Positions 63,296 to 64,000 of a stretch of 64,000 nt of DNA are shown here, piece by piece. The position numbers and the translations under genes were made by a program. Positions within the stretch are counted from its first letter, which is position 1. Every line of letters begins with the position of its first letter. The notes below the pieces were generated by a model. It saw only the letters and a program-made list of their open reading frames with translations, did not search any database and had not been told where the DNA came from. Origin of the DNA: Octopus bimaculoides (lineage: Eukaryota); the NCBI RefSeq assembly GCF_001194135.2, contig NC_068998.1, positions 13,309,000 to 13,372,999 of the forward strand, written 5' to 3'.

Positions 63296-63713
63296 AGAAT
63301 ACATTCATAAGACTGGATTGTTTTCTTGTCAACGTCCTTGCTCAAGTGATATTCCCTGAGGAATCTTCAAAAGGTCATAGAAAAGAATTGAGCACTGACT
63401 CATAACATTATATATAAGGGAAGCTAAAGGACATCCTCTTCATCACCATCATCAACAGCGTCATCATCATCACTGTCACTATTGTCATCGTCATCATCAT
63501 CATCATCATTTTAACCTTCATTTTACCATGTTCATGCAGATTGAACTATGTGCAACATTGCATAATGCTATTTCTTATTATTATTTCTGTATTACCTTGT
63601 CCATAAATTCCACTTATTCTCTCTGTATTGAGTGCACACACGCACACACATACAAGCACACACACATACACACACACAGATATATATACGTGTTTGTATA
63701 TGTATATATATTC

Positions 63714-63786
<73 letters not shown>

Positions 63787-64000
63787 ATTTCTTCACTGCC
63801 CACAATATGTATACATATATATATATATGTATATATACATACATATATATATATATAATGTATGTATGTGTGTGTGTGCATTCAGATTATGTGTATACAC
63901 ACACACACAGGCATACGTATGTATCATACATATTTACATGTACATAAATACATAGATACATAAATAGATATACATACACGTGTTCATACGTATATACATG

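Noticed and set aside
1062-63947. Most ORFs in the six-frame track (HT-, YI-, CV-, poly-H/N/I-rich or X-filled)
   Set aside because: They are translations of (CA)n, (TA)n, (CAT)n and (AAT)n microsatellites, N-gaps or SINE bodies, not genes.

Overview
64 kb of AT-rich eukaryotic genomic scaffold with 13 N-gaps (about 2.8 kb in total), very dense microsatellites and many short interspersed repeats. The repeat families and composition look like an octopus genome (inference from recalled repeat families, not verified). I cannot identify any intact protein-coding gene. Most ORFs in the supplied track are microsatellite or gap artefacts. The recognisable coding sequence is all decayed transposon: RTE LINEs (one with a PHD-like finger beside the RT thumb), R4/Dong LINE pieces, a CR1 3' end, a Penelope RT/GIY-YIG fragment with an inversion, a Gypsy integrase tail, and mariner and Tc1 remnants. 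There are at least four tRNA-headed SINE families plus hAT-type and TTAA-type MITEs. The most interesting items are a candidate type I hammerhead ribozyme (46175-46224), a SINE/CR1 shared 3' stem-loop with compensatory changes, a CpG-rich promoter-like motif cluster with a mitochondrial-presequence-like start (15250-15345), several 60-320 nt inverted repeats that could form dsRNA, and scattered candidate exons that I could not assemble into a known gene.
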